From the NCBI RefSeq assembly GCF_001194135.2, contig NC_068981.1, positions 78,380,835 through 78,417,564 on the forward strand: a stretch of 36,730 bases of DNA, written 5' to 3'. The stretch is from Octopus bimaculoides. Its lineage: Eukaryota. The position numbers and the translations under genes are program-made. A model generated the notes under the pieces. It saw nothing but the letters and a program-made list of their open reading frames with translations, ran no database searches and had not been told where the DNA came from. Shown here in pieces: positions 35,762-36,730 of this stretch; within the stretch, counting starts at the first letter, position 1; the number at the start of each line of letters is the position of its first letter.

Positions 35762-36110
35762 GCAAGCATGGTGGTGTGGTTAAGAAGTTTGTTTCTTAAC
35801 CACACAAGTTCAGATTTTAGATTCATTCCCATTGCATGGCACTGTGGGCTAGTGCCTTTTACTACAGCCCCAGGCCAATTGAAACCTTGTGAACGGATTT
35901 GGTGGACAGAAATTGAAAGTAGCCTAACATATAAATGTATGTGTGTGTGTTTGTGCATATACTTTTATGTAAAGGTGAGCATTAAAAAACTAATCAAAGC
36001 ATCAGATAAAAATGTTTTGCAGTATGTTTTTACAACTCTTGACTTTTGAGTTCAAATCCTGCCTTAGCTGAGTTAGCGTTTCAACTTATAAAACAAGTCC
36101 AATCAATATT
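35762..36110 (+). mobile_element. Degenerate family-A head (35762-35925) followed by an old family-D copy (35975-36110)
   Basis: catggtggtgtggttaag...cccattgcatggcac...ggatttggtggacagaaattgaaag; then agcatcagataaaaatg...ttgagttcaaatcctgcc. Confidence 0.6.
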
Positions 36111-36730
36111 GGTGTCAATTTCAGTATTATCAATTCCAGGCTTATCTATACCACCTGAGCAGTTTGATTCCATCAGCATGCATCTTCTACCACAACCTGT
36201 AATCAACCAATACTTTGTGTATGGATTCATTTAACAGGAATGTACAGGAGCTGTTGCATACATACATGAATACATACATTTGCACACATACAAGCATACT
36301 TACATACATACGTGCATGCACTCTCTCTCTCTTTCTCTCCAGCATCTGGAACAATCTCATGAGAAATGACGTCTTTCCAATCAAAAAGATTATCAACGTA
36401 ACCTTCACGTTTGAGATAGATAGATTGACAGACATACTGGCAGACAGTCAATATATGTATTTGTATATAAAGGAAAATGTGTGTAACTTCATCATCAGCA
36501 TCATTTTATGCCTATCCTTGTGTGTGGTGGGATAAATGAATCTTCTCCAGCACAGCACCTCATCCTTATGTGATTCAGCCTCTTGAGATCAAATCACTGT
36601 TACCCCTCTTCTTGTAAAAATTTAATAAACATGCACTCTACTAAAAAGTGCTTTCATATTAAATTGTTTTTATATATAACTTGACATAAAACAAACATTA
36701 GTGTATGTGTGTATGTATATATATATATAT

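Noticed and set aside
13985-36110. Sense-strand bias of family-D SINEs
   Set aside because: Minus-strand copies exist at 13985-14222.

Overview
Eukaryotic, very AT-rich genomic DNA dense in microsatellites and transposon relics, with six N-gaps. The repeat families look like those of Octopus (recalled, not database-checked). The only supportable host gene is an immunoglobulin-superfamily gene on the + strand, seen as three GT-AG exons (553-683, 22516-22635, 28412-28579) that splice in frame. They encode the C-terminal half of one canonical Ig domain followed by a complete ~96-aa Ig domain lacking both canonical cysteines. The gene extends beyond both window ends. The introns (21.8 kb, 5.8 kb, >8 kb) contain Tc1/mariner relics, RTE and other LINE fragments, several SINE-like families and at least five fold-back elements. 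One fold-back is a 128-bp stem with a single A.C mismatch and a single G.U wobble. Nearly all other ORFs in the track are microsatellite, gap or transposon-relic artefacts. I found no clear new biological system. The best leads are the Cys-less Ig domain, the dsRNA-forming intron structures and several rearrangement or repair scars. All coordinates and alignments were read by eye; TE boundaries are approximate.
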